This document shows positions 1-9,277 of a stretch of DNA of 24,000 bases, piece after piece. This DNA is from Methanococcus maripaludis. GTDB taxonomy: Archaea; AGJL01; Methanococci; Methanococcales; Methanococcaceae. The number at the start of each line of letters is the position of its first letter. The first letter of the stretch is position 1. The stretch is from contig NZ_CP026606.1 in the NCBI RefSeq assembly GCF_002945325.1, positions 1,330,024-1,354,023 of the forward strand, written 5' to 3'. Both the position numbers and the translations under genes were made by a program. The notes beneath the pieces were generated by a model. It had not been told where the DNA came from and did not search any database. It saw only the letters and a list, made by a program, of their open reading frames with translations.

Positions 1-428
1 TCTCCACAGATTCCAGATTTTAATTTAAGTGTTTCTGCAGGACTTTGTATTGTATTATTATATGAATCAGAAACTTCTGTTCTTCCGCCAACCCAGTATG
101 TAACCTCAGGACTTGGGAGTTCTGCTTTTTCATGATTATATTCAATATTATCTTCTTCCCAAAGTACAATATTCCAGATGGAGTCTTCAATAGTATTACC
201 ACTTAATGATTTAGAAACGTTGGATACCTTTTCAAGTTCATTTGGGGATAAATATATTTCAATTGAATCTTCAAAGATATATTTTGGAATCTTTTCGTCA
301 AATTCACCATTTTCAAGTATTTTTGATAAATTTAAACTTTCAAAATTATTTTGAACGATAAATAGTGTAGAAAATACTAAAATTCCAATGATTGTAATAT
401 AAATTATGTTTTTCAGTTTTAAATTCAT
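1..428 (-). CDS. Membrane-anchored transglutaminase-like (cysteine-protease fold) protein, N-terminal part; the ORF runs off the left edge
   Basis: Absent from the ORF track because it has no stop in the window. Reading the minus strand from ATG 428-426 gives an open frame to position 1: MNLKLKNIIYITIIGILVFSTLFIVQNNFESLNLSK...VTYWVGGRTEVSDSYNNTIQSPAETLKLKSGICGE. It has an N-terminal hydrophobic signal-anchor. The terminal KSGICGE resembles the catalytic-Cys motif of transglutaminase-like domains. GGTG lies 5 nt upstream of the ATG. Track ORF 20..202(-) is a different frame inside it. Confidence 0.6.
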   Translation of the reverse strand, partial: MNLKLKNIIYITIIGILVFSTLFIVQNNFESLNLSKILENGEFDEKIPKYIFEDSIEIYLSPNELEKVSNVSKSLSGNTIEDSIWNIVLWEEDNIEYNHEKAELPSPEVTYWVGGRTEVSDSYNNTIQSPAETLKLKSGICG

Positions 429-461
429 AAAAACACCAAAAATAAAAAAATTTAAATTAGT

Positions 462-704
462 TTATTCTTCAGATTCAGCTTTTATTTTTTCAGGCTCTTT
501 AGAAAAATCGTACGAAACCCCTTCGGGTGCAATAGGGATAATTATTGCTGCAATAATATATACAATAATCATTAACGGGTTCATGAAAAATAATAGTACC
601 CATAAAAGCCTGATGAGCGTTGGATCTACGTTGAAATAGATTGCAAGTCCCCCACATACTCCTGAAAGCATTTTTTCTTTGTCTGATCGGTATAATCTTT
701 TCAT
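462..704 (-). CDS. PspC-domain small membrane protein (phage-shock-protein-C family)
   Basis: 80 aa. The N-terminal RSDKEKMLSGVCGGLAIYFNVDPTLIRLLWVL is the PspC-domain signature and is followed by a hydrophobic helix. ATG start with a GAGGGA SD 6 nt upstream. Confidence 0.8.
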   Translation of the reverse strand: MKRLYRSDKEKMLSGVCGGLAIYFNVDPTLIRLLWVLLFFMNPLMIIVYIIAAIIIPIAPEGVSYDFSKEPEKIKAESEE

Positions 705-791
705 AAATTATCCCTCAAAATAGATGATACTTGTGTTCGTTATAATAATTATGAAAAATAGTAGTATTTAAAAAAATGGTTAAGTGAAAAT

Positions 792-1670
792 TTAATTTTC
801 TTCAGACTGTTCTGCTGTCTCTTTTGGCTTTTTTGGAACGTATTCTACTATTTTTTCAGGGCAGACTCTCGCAGTTGTAATGTATCCGGTGTGTCCGATC
901 ATTCTAGTTGATGGCCTTACTCCTTTTTCTGAAATTTCAATGTCTCTTACAATACATTCAACAGTTCTAATGTCTAAAAAGCCGTGTTCTTTTAAAGCTT
1001 CAACACCTTTTTTAGCCTGTTCTACGTATGGTACATATATTGCAATTCTTCCCTTTGCTTTATTGAGTGATTTTTTAGCATGTTCCACAACATTCCAAGG
1101 GTCAGGCATATCCAAAACTAAAACATCGATATTTTCTTCTTCTATTTTTTCAGTAATATCTCCGATTTTTTGCGTAACGTTGTAAAGCCCGTTTTCTACA
1201 ATTTCAATTTCTTCTTCGTCTTCGTCATCAATTCCAATGATTTTTTGGTTTTGTCTAACGGCTCCAACTATTTCAAGATTTTTTCTAGCAATTTTTGCAA
1301 ATTCTGGCCTTTTTTCGTAAGTTATTATTTTTCCTTCTTTTCCAACAGCATTTGCTAAATAAATTGTAAGTGCCGCAGAACCAGTACCTGCTTCAACAAC
1401 GGTTTCTCCATTTTCAATACCGCATTCAGCAATGATTAATCCGATATCTTTTGGAAGGAGTGTTGTAACACTTCTTTTCATTTTTTTAATAATGTCATGA
1501 ATAGTTGGAGTTACAAAATAAAATTCTCCGCCTTTATTTGTAATTAAAATTGATCCTTCTTCTTTTCCAACTAAATCAACAACACCAAGGTCGTTTCCGA
1601 AATTATCGAGGTTTTTATTTAAAAGGTATTTTTTTCCACGATCATCTATAATTAGTTCTTTGTTAACCAT
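792..1670 (-). CDS. trmI: tRNA (adenine-N1)-methyltransferase TrmI (m1A57/58, GCD14 family)
   Basis: SAM-binding motif VVEAGTGSAALT, the LDMPDPW motif and the C-terminal RP..RMIGHTGYIT are all typical of TrmI. The track start (GTG 1682) lies inside the SD. I place the start at ATG 1670, preceded by GGTGA, where it overlaps the rnhB stop as TAATG. Confidence 0.85.
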   Translation of the reverse strand: MVNKELIIDDRGKKYLLNKNLDNFGNDLGVVDLVGKEEGSILITNKGGEFYFVTPTIHDIIKKMKRSVTTLLPKDIGLIIAECGIENGETVVEAGTGSAALTIYLANAVGKEGKIITYEKRPEFAKIARKNLEIVGAVRQNQKIIGIDDEDEEEIEIVENGLYNVTQKIGDITEKIEEENIDVLVLDMPDPWNVVEHAKKSLNKAKGRIAIYVPYVEQAKKGVEALKEHGFLDIRTVECIVRDIEISEKGVRPSTRMIGHTGYITTARVCPEKIVEYVPKKPKETAEQSEEN

Positions 1671-2398
1671 TATTTCACCCACTGAAATATTTTTGATTCT
1701 TCGATTTCCTTTAAAAGATTTTTTGAAGTTGCCCAGCTCTTTCTAGCAATTTTTGGGAGAGTTCTGTTTTCATACACGTAATTTTTTAAAAATTTTTTAG
1801 TTTTTGGATCACTTGGATATCCGCTTCCAATTTCTCCAAAAGTTTCTTTATATTCTTCAATAACCCTATCACGAGTTACTTTAGCAATAATTGATGCAGC
1901 AGACACTATTTTGTAATTTTCATCAGCTTTGTGTTCAGCAATGATTTCAACGTTTTTATTAATAAGTTTTGCTTTAAATTGATTTGAAAATGACTGTTCA
2001 CTGCTACTGCAGGCATCGATATAAATTGATATATTATCATTTTCCCTGATAAAATGATTTGAAAGCTTTGAAAAAGCGCTTAATTCTATTTTGTTTAAGT
2101 TTATAATTTCCATCTGTTTGTCAATTGTTTCAGGATCAATTACAATCTTTTCGACATCGCATATTTCGTTTATTTTTATATAAAGTTCTTCACGCTTTTT
2201 TTTGGAAAGTTGTTTACTGTCCTTTAATTCAAGATCATTTAACTTATGTAAATTTTTTTCATCAATTTTTACCGAAGCAATTACCATTGGTCCAAGTACG
2301 GGTCCACGGCCTGCTTCATCGAGTCCAACTATTATTTTTTCGTTAGATCCGTTTGAATTATCCGAATTATTTAAATTATTATTAATATCCTCACTCAT
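1670..2398 (-). CDS. rnhB: Ribonuclease HII
   Basis: GLDEAGRGPVLGPMV catalytic motif plus IIAEHKAD..YKIVSAASIIAKV and GSGYPSD. The track start (GTG 2446) adds a hydrophobic MLLFFICFLF peptide that overlaps promoter-like TATA sequence. ATG 2398 (MSEDINNN...) is the more likely start. An unusual N/S/D-rich ~25-aa segment precedes the conserved core. Confidence 0.88.
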   Translation of the reverse strand: MSEDINNNLNNSDNSNGSNEKIIVGLDEAGRGPVLGPMVIASVKIDEKNLHKLNDLELKDSKQLSKKKREELYIKINEICDVEKIVIDPETIDKQMEIINLNKIELSAFSKLSNHFIRENDNISIYIDACSSSEQSFSNQFKAKLINKNVEIIAEHKADENYKIVSAASIIAKVTRDRVIEEYKETFGEIGSGYPSDPKTKKFLKNYVYENRTLPKIARKSWATSKNLLKEIEESKIFQWVK

Positions 2399-2516
2399 TA
2401 TATCACGTAATTTACTAAACAGGAAACATATAAAAAACAGTAACACGAATATACTTATGCGTTATTTCGGGTCTAAAAACTCTATTTTAAATACCATATA
2501 GAACAATGGTGGTAAT

Positions 2517-3602
2517 ATGATTCCAAAAGAAGAAATAATGGGGATTTTTGAAAAATATAACAAGGATGAAGTGACTATTGTTACGGTAGGAAGCCACACG
2601 TCTTTACACATCTTAAAAGGTGCGAAATTAGAGGGTTTTTCAACAGCAGTTATAACAACAAAAGATAGGGCTATACCATACAAAAGATTTGGTGTGGCAG
2701 ACAAATTTATCTATGTTGATCAATTTTCAGATATTTCAAAAGAAGAAATTCAACAGCAATTAAGAGATATGAATGCAATTATCGTTCCTCACGGTTCATT
2801 CATTGCTTACTGCGGATTAGATAATGTGGAAGACACATTCAAAGTTCCAATGTTTGGAAACAGAGCTATTTTAAGATGGGAAGCTGAAAGGGATCTCGAA
2901 GGACGGCTTTTGGGCGGAAGCGGTCTTAGAATTCCAAAAAAATATGGCGGACCTGATGAAATAGATGGGCCAGTAATGGTTAAATTCCCTGGAGCAAGGG
3001 GCGGAAGAGGCTACTTCCCATGTTCAAGTGTTGAAGAGTTCTGGAGAAAAATAGGCGAGTTTAAAGCTAAAGGTGTTCTCACAGAAGACGATGTTTCAAA
3101 AGCACACATCGAAGAATATGTTGTTGGTGCAAACTACTGCATTCACTATTTCTATTCACCATTAAAAGATCAGGTTGAATTAATGGGAATTGATAGAAGA
3201 TATGAAAGCAGCATTGATGGGCTCGTTAGAGTTCCTGCAAAAGACCAGCTTGAATTAAATATAGACCCTTCCTACGTTATCACCGGAAACTTCCCTGTTG
3301 TAATTAGGGAAAGTCTTTTACCTCAGGTATTTGACATGGGCGATAAATTAGTTGCAAAAGCAAAAGAAGAAGTAAATCCGGGAATGCTTGGACCATTCTG
3401 TTTACAGTCATTATGTAATGACAACCTAGAACTCGTTGTATTTGAAATGAGTGCAAGGGTTGATGGTGGAACAAACACGTTTATGAATGGAAGTCCATAT
3501 TCATGCCTTTACACTGGCGAACCGTTAAGCATGGGTCAGAGAATTGCAAAAGAAATAAAATTAGCACTTGAACTTAACATGATTGACAAAGTTATATCTT
3601 AA
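2517..3602 (+). CDS. purP: 5-formaminoimidazole-4-carboxamide ribonucleotide (FAICAR) synthetase PurP, an ATP-grasp archaeal purine-biosynthesis enzyme
   Basis: 361 aa with full-length resemblance to archaeal PurP (MJ0136 family): VTIVTVGSHTSLHILKGAKLEGF, PHGSF, MVKFPGARGGRGYF. GGTGG SD lies 4 nt upstream of the ATG. Confidence 0.88.
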   Translation: MIPKEEIMGIFEKYNKDEVTIVTVGSHTSLHILKGAKLEGFSTAVITTKDRAIPYKRFGVADKFIYVDQFSDISKEEIQQQLRDMNAIIVPHGSFIAYCGLDNVEDTFKVPMFGNRAILRWEAERDLEGRLLGGSGLRIPKKYGGPDEIDGPVMVKFPGARGGRGYFPCSSVEEFWRKIGEFKAKGVLTEDDVSKAHIEEYVVGANYCIHYFYSPLKDQVELMGIDRRYESSIDGLVRVPAKDQLELNIDPSYVITGNFPVVIRESLLPQVFDMGDKLVAKAKEEVNPGMLGPFCLQSLCNDNLELVVFEMSARVDGGTNTFMNGSPYSCLYTGEPLSMGQRIAKEIKLALELNMIDKVIS

Positions 3603-3611
3603 ATTAAATTT

Positions 3612-3650
3612 AATTTTTATTTTTTTTAAAAAAGTATTTTTGGAATTTTT
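3612..3650. terminator. Bidirectional oligo-T/oligo-A termination zone between convergent purP and the phosphohexomutase gene
   Basis: TTTTTATTTTTTTTAAAAAAGTATTTTTGGAATTTTT gives T5, T8 and T5 runs on the + strand and a T6 run on the - strand. Archaeal RNAP terminates at oligo-T runs. Confidence 0.5.
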
Positions 3651-3665
3651 AAAGTTATTTAATAT

Positions 3666-4979
3666 TTAAGAATTTATTATCTCTTTTATTTCTGTTAATT
3701 TTTCATTCATTGTTTTTTCATCATCTGCTTCTAAATTTAACCTTAAAAGTGGTTCAGTATTTGATGATCTAACATTAAACCAAAAATCATTACAATAAAG
3801 CGAAATTCCATCTAATTTTTCGATTTTGCAGATGTTTTCATATTTTTTTTCAATGGATTCGATCGATTTTTTCTGGTTAGCCACTTTAAAGTTTATTTCA
3901 CCACTGTGGAAATATTTTTTGTAATTTTTCGAAATTTCTGAGAGTGGTTTTCCTTCTCTTTCAAGTGCTTTCAAGATATAATTCAATGCTAATAACGGGC
4001 TTTCAAAGTAACCTGTTGATTTGAAGTAGAAGTGATTGCTAAACTCCCCTGCAAACTCTGCATCTATTTCATGCATTAATTTTTTTATGAAGTAGTGTCC
4101 AACTCTTGTTTTTACAGGAGTTCCCCCATTTTTTGAAATTGTTTCAGGAACCACTTTACTGCATCTTAAATCGTATACAATTTTTCCTTTAACTTCGTTT
4201 AAAATTTCATTTGAAATTATCGCAGTTAATATGTCCCCTGCTAAAATTTCTCCTTTTTCATCGACCATTCCGATTCTGTCGCCATCTCCATCAAAAATAA
4301 GGCCAAATTCGCAAAAGTTAGTTTTTACCGTGTTTATAATATCGATCAAACATTCTTTTTTAAGGGTGTCTGGTTCGTGTGCAGGGAAATTTCCGTCCGG
4401 AAAATCGTTAACAAATATTTTATTTTCTAAAACTTTTTCTAAAACTTTTTTTTCTGCATTGGTAGTTGCACCGTTTGCAAAGTCTACTGCAATTTTTCGA
4501 TTTGTTTTTTCAAGTTTTTTGGTAAAAAAATTCAAATATTTACTTAAAATATCAACCTTTAAACTTTCTAAATCCAAATTTTCAATTTCTTCCTTTTGTT
4601 CTTCTGAAAGTTCAAACATTTCAAAATCCGGTTTTATTTCATCTACTGGTGAAAGTGGAATTGCATCGATGTCGCACATTTTAAATCCAGTATACTCTTT
4701 TGGATTGTGGGATGCAGTTAAGATTACTCCAAGATCAAATTTTTTAAGAGTTCCAAAGTACATCAGCGGGGTTGAGATTTCTCCAGCATAGTAAACTTTA
4801 GAATTTTCAAGTATCCCGTAAATAAATGGTTTTAAGAGTTTTTTGGAACCGATTCGAATATCGTTTCCAACCATTATTCTTTCATAGTTTTTTCCAACGA
4901 GTTTTCCTAAAGAATAAGCAAAATTATCATCTAAATCTTTTTCATAAATTCCCCTGATGTCGTATGCCTTAAATACCAA
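3666..4979 (-). CDS. Alpha-D-phosphohexomutase family enzyme (phosphoglucosamine / phosphomannomutase type)
   Basis: 437 aa with an N-terminal FKAYDIRG, the active-site phosphoserine loop TASHNP, the metal loop FDGDGDR, and a C-terminal RSSNTEP. TTG start with a GGTGG SD 6 nt upstream. Substrate specificity cannot be assigned from sequence alone. Confidence 0.85.
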   Translation of the reverse strand: MVFKAYDIRGIYEKDLDDNFAYSLGKLVGKNYERIMVGNDIRIGSKKLLKPFIYGILENSKVYYAGEISTPLMYFGTLKKFDLGVILTASHNPKEYTGFKMCDIDAIPLSPVDEIKPDFEMFELSEEQKEEIENLDLESLKVDILSKYLNFFTKKLEKTNRKIAVDFANGATTNAEKKVLEKVLENKIFVNDFPDGNFPAHEPDTLKKECLIDIINTVKTNFCEFGLIFDGDGDRIGMVDEKGEILAGDILTAIISNEILNEVKGKIVYDLRCSKVVPETISKNGGTPVKTRVGHYFIKKLMHEIDAEFAGEFSNHFYFKSTGYFESPLLALNYILKALEREGKPLSEISKNYKKYFHSGEINFKVANQKKSIESIEKKYENICKIEKLDGISLYCNDFWFNVRSSNTEPLLRLNLEADDEKTMNEKLTEIKEIINS

Positions 4980-5178
4980 TTTAAACCACCGTTCAATGTT
5001 CGAATAAAAAAATTTATGCGTTATATTATGTAAATTGGGATTAAATAACTTTTCAAAAAAATAAAAAATATTATACCATAATTACTCTGAACAATGGTCG
5101 AAAATAAAATTAAACCTCACACACTCTGGAATGAGGTATTATTTATTATATTAATATATTTATAAAAATGTTTTGATT

Positions 5179-5232
5179 TGATAATGTGAAAAAAAGAAGT
5201 TTTATTGCAATCCTCAACTCTCAGATTGCAAT
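5179..5232 (-). terminator. Hairpin plus T7 run downstream of rps10 (end of the EF/S10 transcription unit)
   Basis: Perfect 9-bp stem ATTGCAATC (5204-5212) / GATTGCAAT (5224-5232) with an 11-nt loop. On the minus strand it is followed by AAAACTTCTTTTTTTCAC (T7 = plus 5179-5185). Confidence 0.55.
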
Positions 5233-5265
5233 ACGTCTGGCTTTTGCGATTTAAACGAATTAAAA

Positions 5266-5574
5266 TTAGTTTCTCAATTCAATTTCGATTTGAACTGTGT
5301 CAGGAATTCTAACTTTCATGATGTGTTTCATGGTTCTTTCGTCAGCTTCAATGTCGATAACTCTTTTGTGAACTCTCATTGTCCATCTGTCGAATGATGA
5401 GGAACCTTCACCATCTGTTGATTTCCTTGTTGTAACTTTTAACGCTTTTGTTGGTAGTGGAATTGGACCTGACATGTCTACACCAGTTTTTTCAGCGATA
5501 GCTTTAATCTGGTCGCATACACCGTCTAATTCTGTGTGTTGTGTGCTTGATAATTTTATTCTTGCTTTTTGCAT
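5266..5574 (-). CDS. rps10: 30S ribosomal protein S10 (uS10)
   Basis: 102 aa, [10 protein letters not shown]...[35 protein letters not shown]. This is canonical archaeal uS10, and it follows tuf as in the Methanococcus str-type cluster. Confidence 0.95.
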
Positions 5575-5622
5575 AATATGCCTCTTTTGCCGTGTTTAAT
5601 AAGAAGAAAAAGTTAAGCTAAA

Positions 5623-6909
5623 TTATTTGTTTTTAGCTGTAACTTGGATTGCCATACCTGCAGCAACGGTCATACCCATATCTCTGATTGCGAATCTACC
5701 GAGTTGTGGGATTTCTTTAACGCTTTCCATAACTAATGGTTTTGTAGGCATTAATTTAACGATTGCAGCGTCACCAGCTTTTAAGAAGTCTGGGTTTTCT
5801 TCTAAAACTTCACCAGTTGCAGGGTTTAATTTTTTCTGTAATTCCATGAATGTACATGCAATCTGTGCTGTGTGTGCGTGGAATACAGGTGTGTAACCTA
5901 CTGTCATAACTGATGGGTGTTGTAAAACAACGATTTGTGCTGTGAAGTCTGCAGCAACTGTTGGAGGGTTTGTTGTATGTCCTAAAACGTCTCCTCTTTT
6001 AATGTCTTTTTTACCAACGCCTCTTACGTTGAAACCGATGTTGTCTCCAGGTTCAGCACTTGGTAATTGTTCGTGGTGCATTTCCACAGTTTTGATTTCT
6101 CCTACTGCTCCTGCAGGTTCGAAGACAACTTTGTCTCCTGGTTTGATGATACCTGTTTCAACTCTTCCTACTGGAACTGTACCTACACCAGTGATTGAGT
6201 AAACATCCTGGATAGGTAATCTTAATGGTAAGGTTGTTGGTTTTTCAGGTGGTTGGAATCCATCGATAACTTCTGCGAGTGTAGGTCCGTTGTACCATGG
6301 TGTTTTGTCGGATTTTTTGAATACGTTGTCACCAAGAAGTGAAGCAACTGGTATGAAGTTGATGTTGTCAGGGTTGAATCCAACCATTTTTAACAATTGG
6401 TCGCCTAACATCTTTTTCATTTCGTTGTAGTCAGCTTCTGAGAAGTTAACTGTGTCCATTTTGTTGATTGCAACAGCTAATTGGGTGATACCAAGTGTTC
6501 TTGATAAGAAAACGTGTTCTCTTGTTTGGGGTTGAATGCCTGATTTAGCATCGTCAACGTTTACAACTAAAACAGCTGCATCAGCTTGTGAAGCACCAGT
6601 GATCATGTTTTTAATGAAGTCTCTGTGGCCTGGGCAGTCTACGATTGTAACTTCGTATTTTGCGGTAGGGAATTTTTTGTGAGCTACGTCAATTGTAACT
6701 CCTCTTTCTCTTTCTTCCTTTAAACCGTCCATAACGTAAGCAAATTCGAATCCTGCTTTACCTTTTTCTTCAGCTTCTTTTCTTAATCTTACGATTAACT
6801 GTGGGTCGATAGCTCCACCATCTAATAATAATCTTCCTACTGTTGTTGATTTACCAGCATCTACGTGTCCGATAAATGCAACGTTAAGAATTGGTTTTTC
6901 TTTTGCCAT
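5623..6909 (-). CDS. tuf: Translation elongation factor aEF-1 alpha
   Basis: [17 protein letters not shown] and NKMD GTPase motifs across a full-length EF-1alpha. The GGAGG SD is 7 nt from ATG 6909 (MAKEKP...). The track start at 6915 is only 1 nt from the SD. Confidence 0.97.
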   Translation of the reverse strand: MAKEKPILNVAFIGHVDAGKSTTVGRLLLDGGAIDPQLIVRLRKEAEEKGKAGFEFAYVMDGLKEERERGVTIDVAHKKFPTAKYEVTIVDCPGHRDFIKNMITGASQADAAVLVVNVDDAKSGIQPQTREHVFLSRTLGITQLAVAINKMDTVNFSEADYNEMKKMLGDQLLKMVGFNPDNINFIPVASLLGDNVFKKSDKTPWYNGPTLAEVIDGFQPPEKPTTLPLRLPIQDVYSITGVGTVPVGRVETGIIKPGDKVVFEPAGAVGEIKTVEMHHEQLPSAEPGDNIGFNVRGVGKKDIKRGDVLGHTTNPPTVAADFTAQIVVLQHPSVMTVGYTPVFHAHTAQIACTFMELQKKLNPATGEVLEENPDFLKAGDAAIVKLMPTKPLVMESVKEIPQLGRFAIRDMGMTVAAGMAIQVTAKNK

Positions 6910-6968
6910 AATCATTCCTCCATAAGAGTATATTTTTAGCGATTTTTGTAATATGATAGTGAAAAAGG

Positions 6969-6981
6969 GTATATATATTTT
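6969..6981 (-). promoter_or_regulatory. TATA-box-like element in the fusA-tuf spacer
   Basis: The minus strand reads AAAATATATATAC, about 60 nt upstream of the tuf ATG. It resembles the methanogen box A (TTTATATA). No TSS data are available. Confidence 0.35.
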
Positions 6982-6992
6982 ATGGTACTTGT

Positions 6993-9176
6993 TTATTCAG
7001 ATTTTAACCCTTTTCTGTCCCTAATTTGTTTAGCAATCTTAGGTTGAAGCTCGTTTGGAACTCTTTCGAATCCTGAGAACTCAACGCTCCACAAACATCT
7101 ACCTTGTGTAGCCCCCCTAATTGCACCAGCAAATCCGAACATTTCAGCAACAGGCACTGAAGATTTGATAATTGACATGTCTCCTTCTTGTTCCATGTCG
7201 AGAATCTGTCCTCTTCTGTTGTTGATCTCTTTCATACCGTCTCCCATGTAGTCTTGCGGGGTGTTGATGTAAACACTTTGCATAGGTTCGAGGAGAACTG
7301 GTTTTGCTTGGGCAACTGCATCCCTTACACCGAATCTTACAGCAGGGATAATTTGAGCAGGTCCTCTGTGGATTGCATCTTCGTGGAATGTTGCATCCAC
7401 TAATCTGATTTTTACACCCTGAACTTTTTCAGCTGCGAGTGGACCGTTTCTTACACCTTCTTTGAAACCTTCGATAATTAATTCTCTAGCTTCATCGAGT
7501 TGCACGATACCTCTTGTCATGTTTACAATCATGTTTCCATTGTAAATTGACATTACTTTTTTCGCCTGATCTTTTTCAAGACCTGCTTCAACTAACCTTG
7601 CTTCACCATCAGCGGTAGTTTTCTTTTTGTAATCTTCATCGTGGAGTTTACCTTCAACGTATGCAGCGTAAACTGACTCTTCCATAGGTTCTGCAATCAT
7701 GTAGAGTTTGTTGTGTTTGTTTGGTGATTTTCCTTCAATTTCTGGGGATGTGCCCATAATTGTTTCTCTGTAAACAACGATTGGTTCACCGACATCTACT
7801 TCAATTCCACCGTCTCTTCCGATTTTGGTGTTAGTGATAACTTCGATGTGGAGCTCACCCATACCGCTGATTAAGTGTTCACCGGTTTCTTCGTTGATTT
7901 CTACTCTTACTGTGTTGTCTTCTCTTGCAATCTGTCTTAAGATTTCAATTAATTTTGGTAAATCTTTAGTGTTTTTAGCTTCGATTGCAACAGTGATAAC
8001 TGGTTCAGAGGTGTGGCTTAATGATTCAAATCCTGGTTCTAAGATTTCTGAAGGGCTGCATACTGTTTCACCAGCAGTAGCTTCTCTTAATCCTGTTAAA
8101 GCACAGATGTTACCTGCTGAAATGCTTGGTACCTGAACTCTTTCAGCACCCATGAAGATTGAAACTTGCTGAGCTCTTGCTTTCTGTTTTGAACCAACGA
8201 GGTAGAGGTCGTCTCCTTGTTTGATTCTTCCTGAAAACAATCTGCATGCAGAAATTGCACCAGCGTGTTTATCAACGATAATTTTTGTAACAACACCTGC
8301 AAGTGGTCCGTTAGGGTCACAAGCAACCATTGATTTACCGATGGTTGATTCAGCGTCTCCTTTCCAGATGTTTGGAATTCTGTATTTTTGAGCAGTCAAT
8401 GGATTTGGTAAGTGTTTGATTGACATGTCAAGAACAACTTCGTGGAGTGGAGCTTTTTCAGCCAATTCTTTTTGGTTTTCTTGCTCACAGTAGTCAATAA
8501 TATCTTTGAATGAAATTCCTGATCTTTGCATGTATGGAACTGAAATAGCCCAGTTGTTGTATGCTGAACCAAAAGCAACTTTTCCATTTGCAACATCACA
8601 TAACCATTCTTTTTTGAATTCTTCAGGAGCCATTTTTTCGATTAACTTGTTAACTTCTGCAATGATTTTCATGAATCTTCCCTGTAATTCTTCAGGGGTT
8701 AATTTCAATTCATTGATCAATCTGTCAACTTTGTTAATGAATAAAACAGGTTTAACTTTTTCTTTTAATGCCTGTCTTAAAACAGTTTCCGTTTGTGGCA
8801 TAACACCTTCAACAGCACAACATACAACAACAGCACCATCAATTGCTCTCATTGCTCTTGTAACGTCACCACCAAAGTCAACGTGACCAGGGGTATCGAT
8901 TAAGTTGATTAAGTACTCTTTTCCGCTGTATTCGTGTACCATTGAAACGTTTGCAGCGTAGATTGTGATACCTCTTGCAGCTTCTTCTTCATCGAAGTCA
9001 AGTGCAAGCTGGTCTCCAGCTAATTCTTTGGAGATCATACCTGCTCCTGCAAGCAAGTTGTCTGATAATGTGGTTTTACCGTGGTCAATGTGAGCACAGA
9101 TACCCATGTTTCTAATTTGTTCATGTGTTTCCATTAAGGTTTTGACCTTTTCAACCATTTTTGCTCTTCTTCCCAT
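6993..9176 (-). CDS. fusA: Translation elongation factor aEF-2
   Basis: 727 aa with [17 protein letters not shown] and NKVDR GTPase motifs. The diphthamide-site context is [15 protein letters not shown] start. Confidence 0.97.
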   Translation of the reverse strand: MGRRAKMVEKVKTLMETHEQIRNMGICAHIDHGKTTLSDNLLAGAGMISKELAGDQLALDFDEEEAARGITIYAANVSMVHEYSGKEYLINLIDTPGHVDFGGDVTRAMRAIDGAVVVCCAVEGVMPQTETVLRQALKEKVKPVLFINKVDRLINELKLTPEELQGRFMKIIAEVNKLIEKMAPEEFKKEWLCDVANGKVAFGSAYNNWAISVPYMQRSGISFKDIIDYCEQENQKELAEKAPLHEVVLDMSIKHLPNPLTAQKYRIPNIWKGDAESTIGKSMVACDPNGPLAGVVTKIIVDKHAGAISACRLFSGRIKQGDDLYLVGSKQKARAQQVSIFMGAERVQVPSISAGNICALTGLREATAGETVCSPSEILEPGFESLSHTSEPVITVAIEAKNTKDLPKLIEILRQIAREDNTVRVEINEETGEHLISGMGELHIEVITNTKIGRDGGIEVDVGEPIVVYRETIMGTSPEIEGKSPNKHNKLYMIAEPMEESVYAAYVEGKLHDEDYKKKTTADGEARLVEAGLEKDQAKKVMSIYNGNMIVNMTRGIVQLDEARELIIEGFKEGVRNGPLAAEKVQGVKIRLVDATFHEDAIHRGPAQIIPAVRFGVRDAVAQAKPVLLEPMQSVYINTPQDYMGDGMKEINNRRGQILDMEQEGDMSIIKSSVPVAEMFGFAGAIRGATQGRCLWSVEFSGFERVPNELQPKIAKQIRDRKGLKSE

Positions 9177-9208
9177 AATCTCACTCTTTTATTTTTTGAG
9201 AAGTTCAT

Positions 9209-9221
9209 AATATACGAACTA
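9209..9221 (-). promoter_or_regulatory. Conserved 13-mer TAGTTCGTATATT upstream of fusA (candidate promoter or leader element)
   Basis: Identical 13-mer to 11241-11253, in the same orientation, 32 nt upstream of the fusA ATG. It contains a TATA-like GTATATT. TATA-like TTTTTATATC and CTTTATAC sequences lie 25-45 nt further upstream. Confidence 0.4.
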
Positions 9222-9277
9222 TTGTTACCCTTTTATGACATAGGGTCATGTATAAAGAGATATAAAAAGTATTTAAT

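Noticed and set aside
20-202. 60-aa minus-strand track ORF at the left edge.
   Set aside because: It is an alternative frame inside the longer open frame 1..428(-). That longer frame has a proper ATG, an SD, a signal anchor and a transglutaminase-like motif.
406-639. 77-aa plus-strand ORF overlapping the PspC-domain gene.
   Set aside because: It is antisense to a gene with a clear PspC signature and SD, and its own product has no recognisable features.
2462-2704. 80-aa minus-strand hydrophobic ORF overlapping the purP 5' end and promoter region.
   Set aside because: It is antisense to purP, has no SD, and its start would lie inside purP coding sequence. Hydrophobicity is expected from an A/T-rich antisense frame.
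4231-4791. 186-aa plus-strand ORF antisense to the phosphohexomutase gene. Similar long antisense ORFs occur at 16641..17171 (+), 17833..18207 (+), 8506..8886 (+), 14428..14739 (+), 880..1185 (+) and 22534..22884 (+).
   Set aside because: Each lies entirely inside a strongly supported gene on the opposite strand. Their S/F/L/I-rich low-complexity translations are typical of shadow frames in AT-rich DNA. None has an SD or any recognisable motif.
5094-5165. 23-codon micro-ORF (MVENKIKPHTLWNEVLFIILIYL) on the plus strand in the ORF-free spacer.
   Set aside because: It has no SD or other initiation signal, it overlaps the hairpin region, and an ORF this short is expected by chance in the spacer. 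It is kept only as a note under the spacer finding.
8096-8599. Same-strand alternative-frame ORFs inside fusA (8096..8326 and 8396..8599), inside rpoA2 (11665..11892) and inside rpoB genes.
   Set aside because: They are nested out of frame in highly conserved genes. They have no independent initiation signals, and their sequences look like frame-shifted noise.
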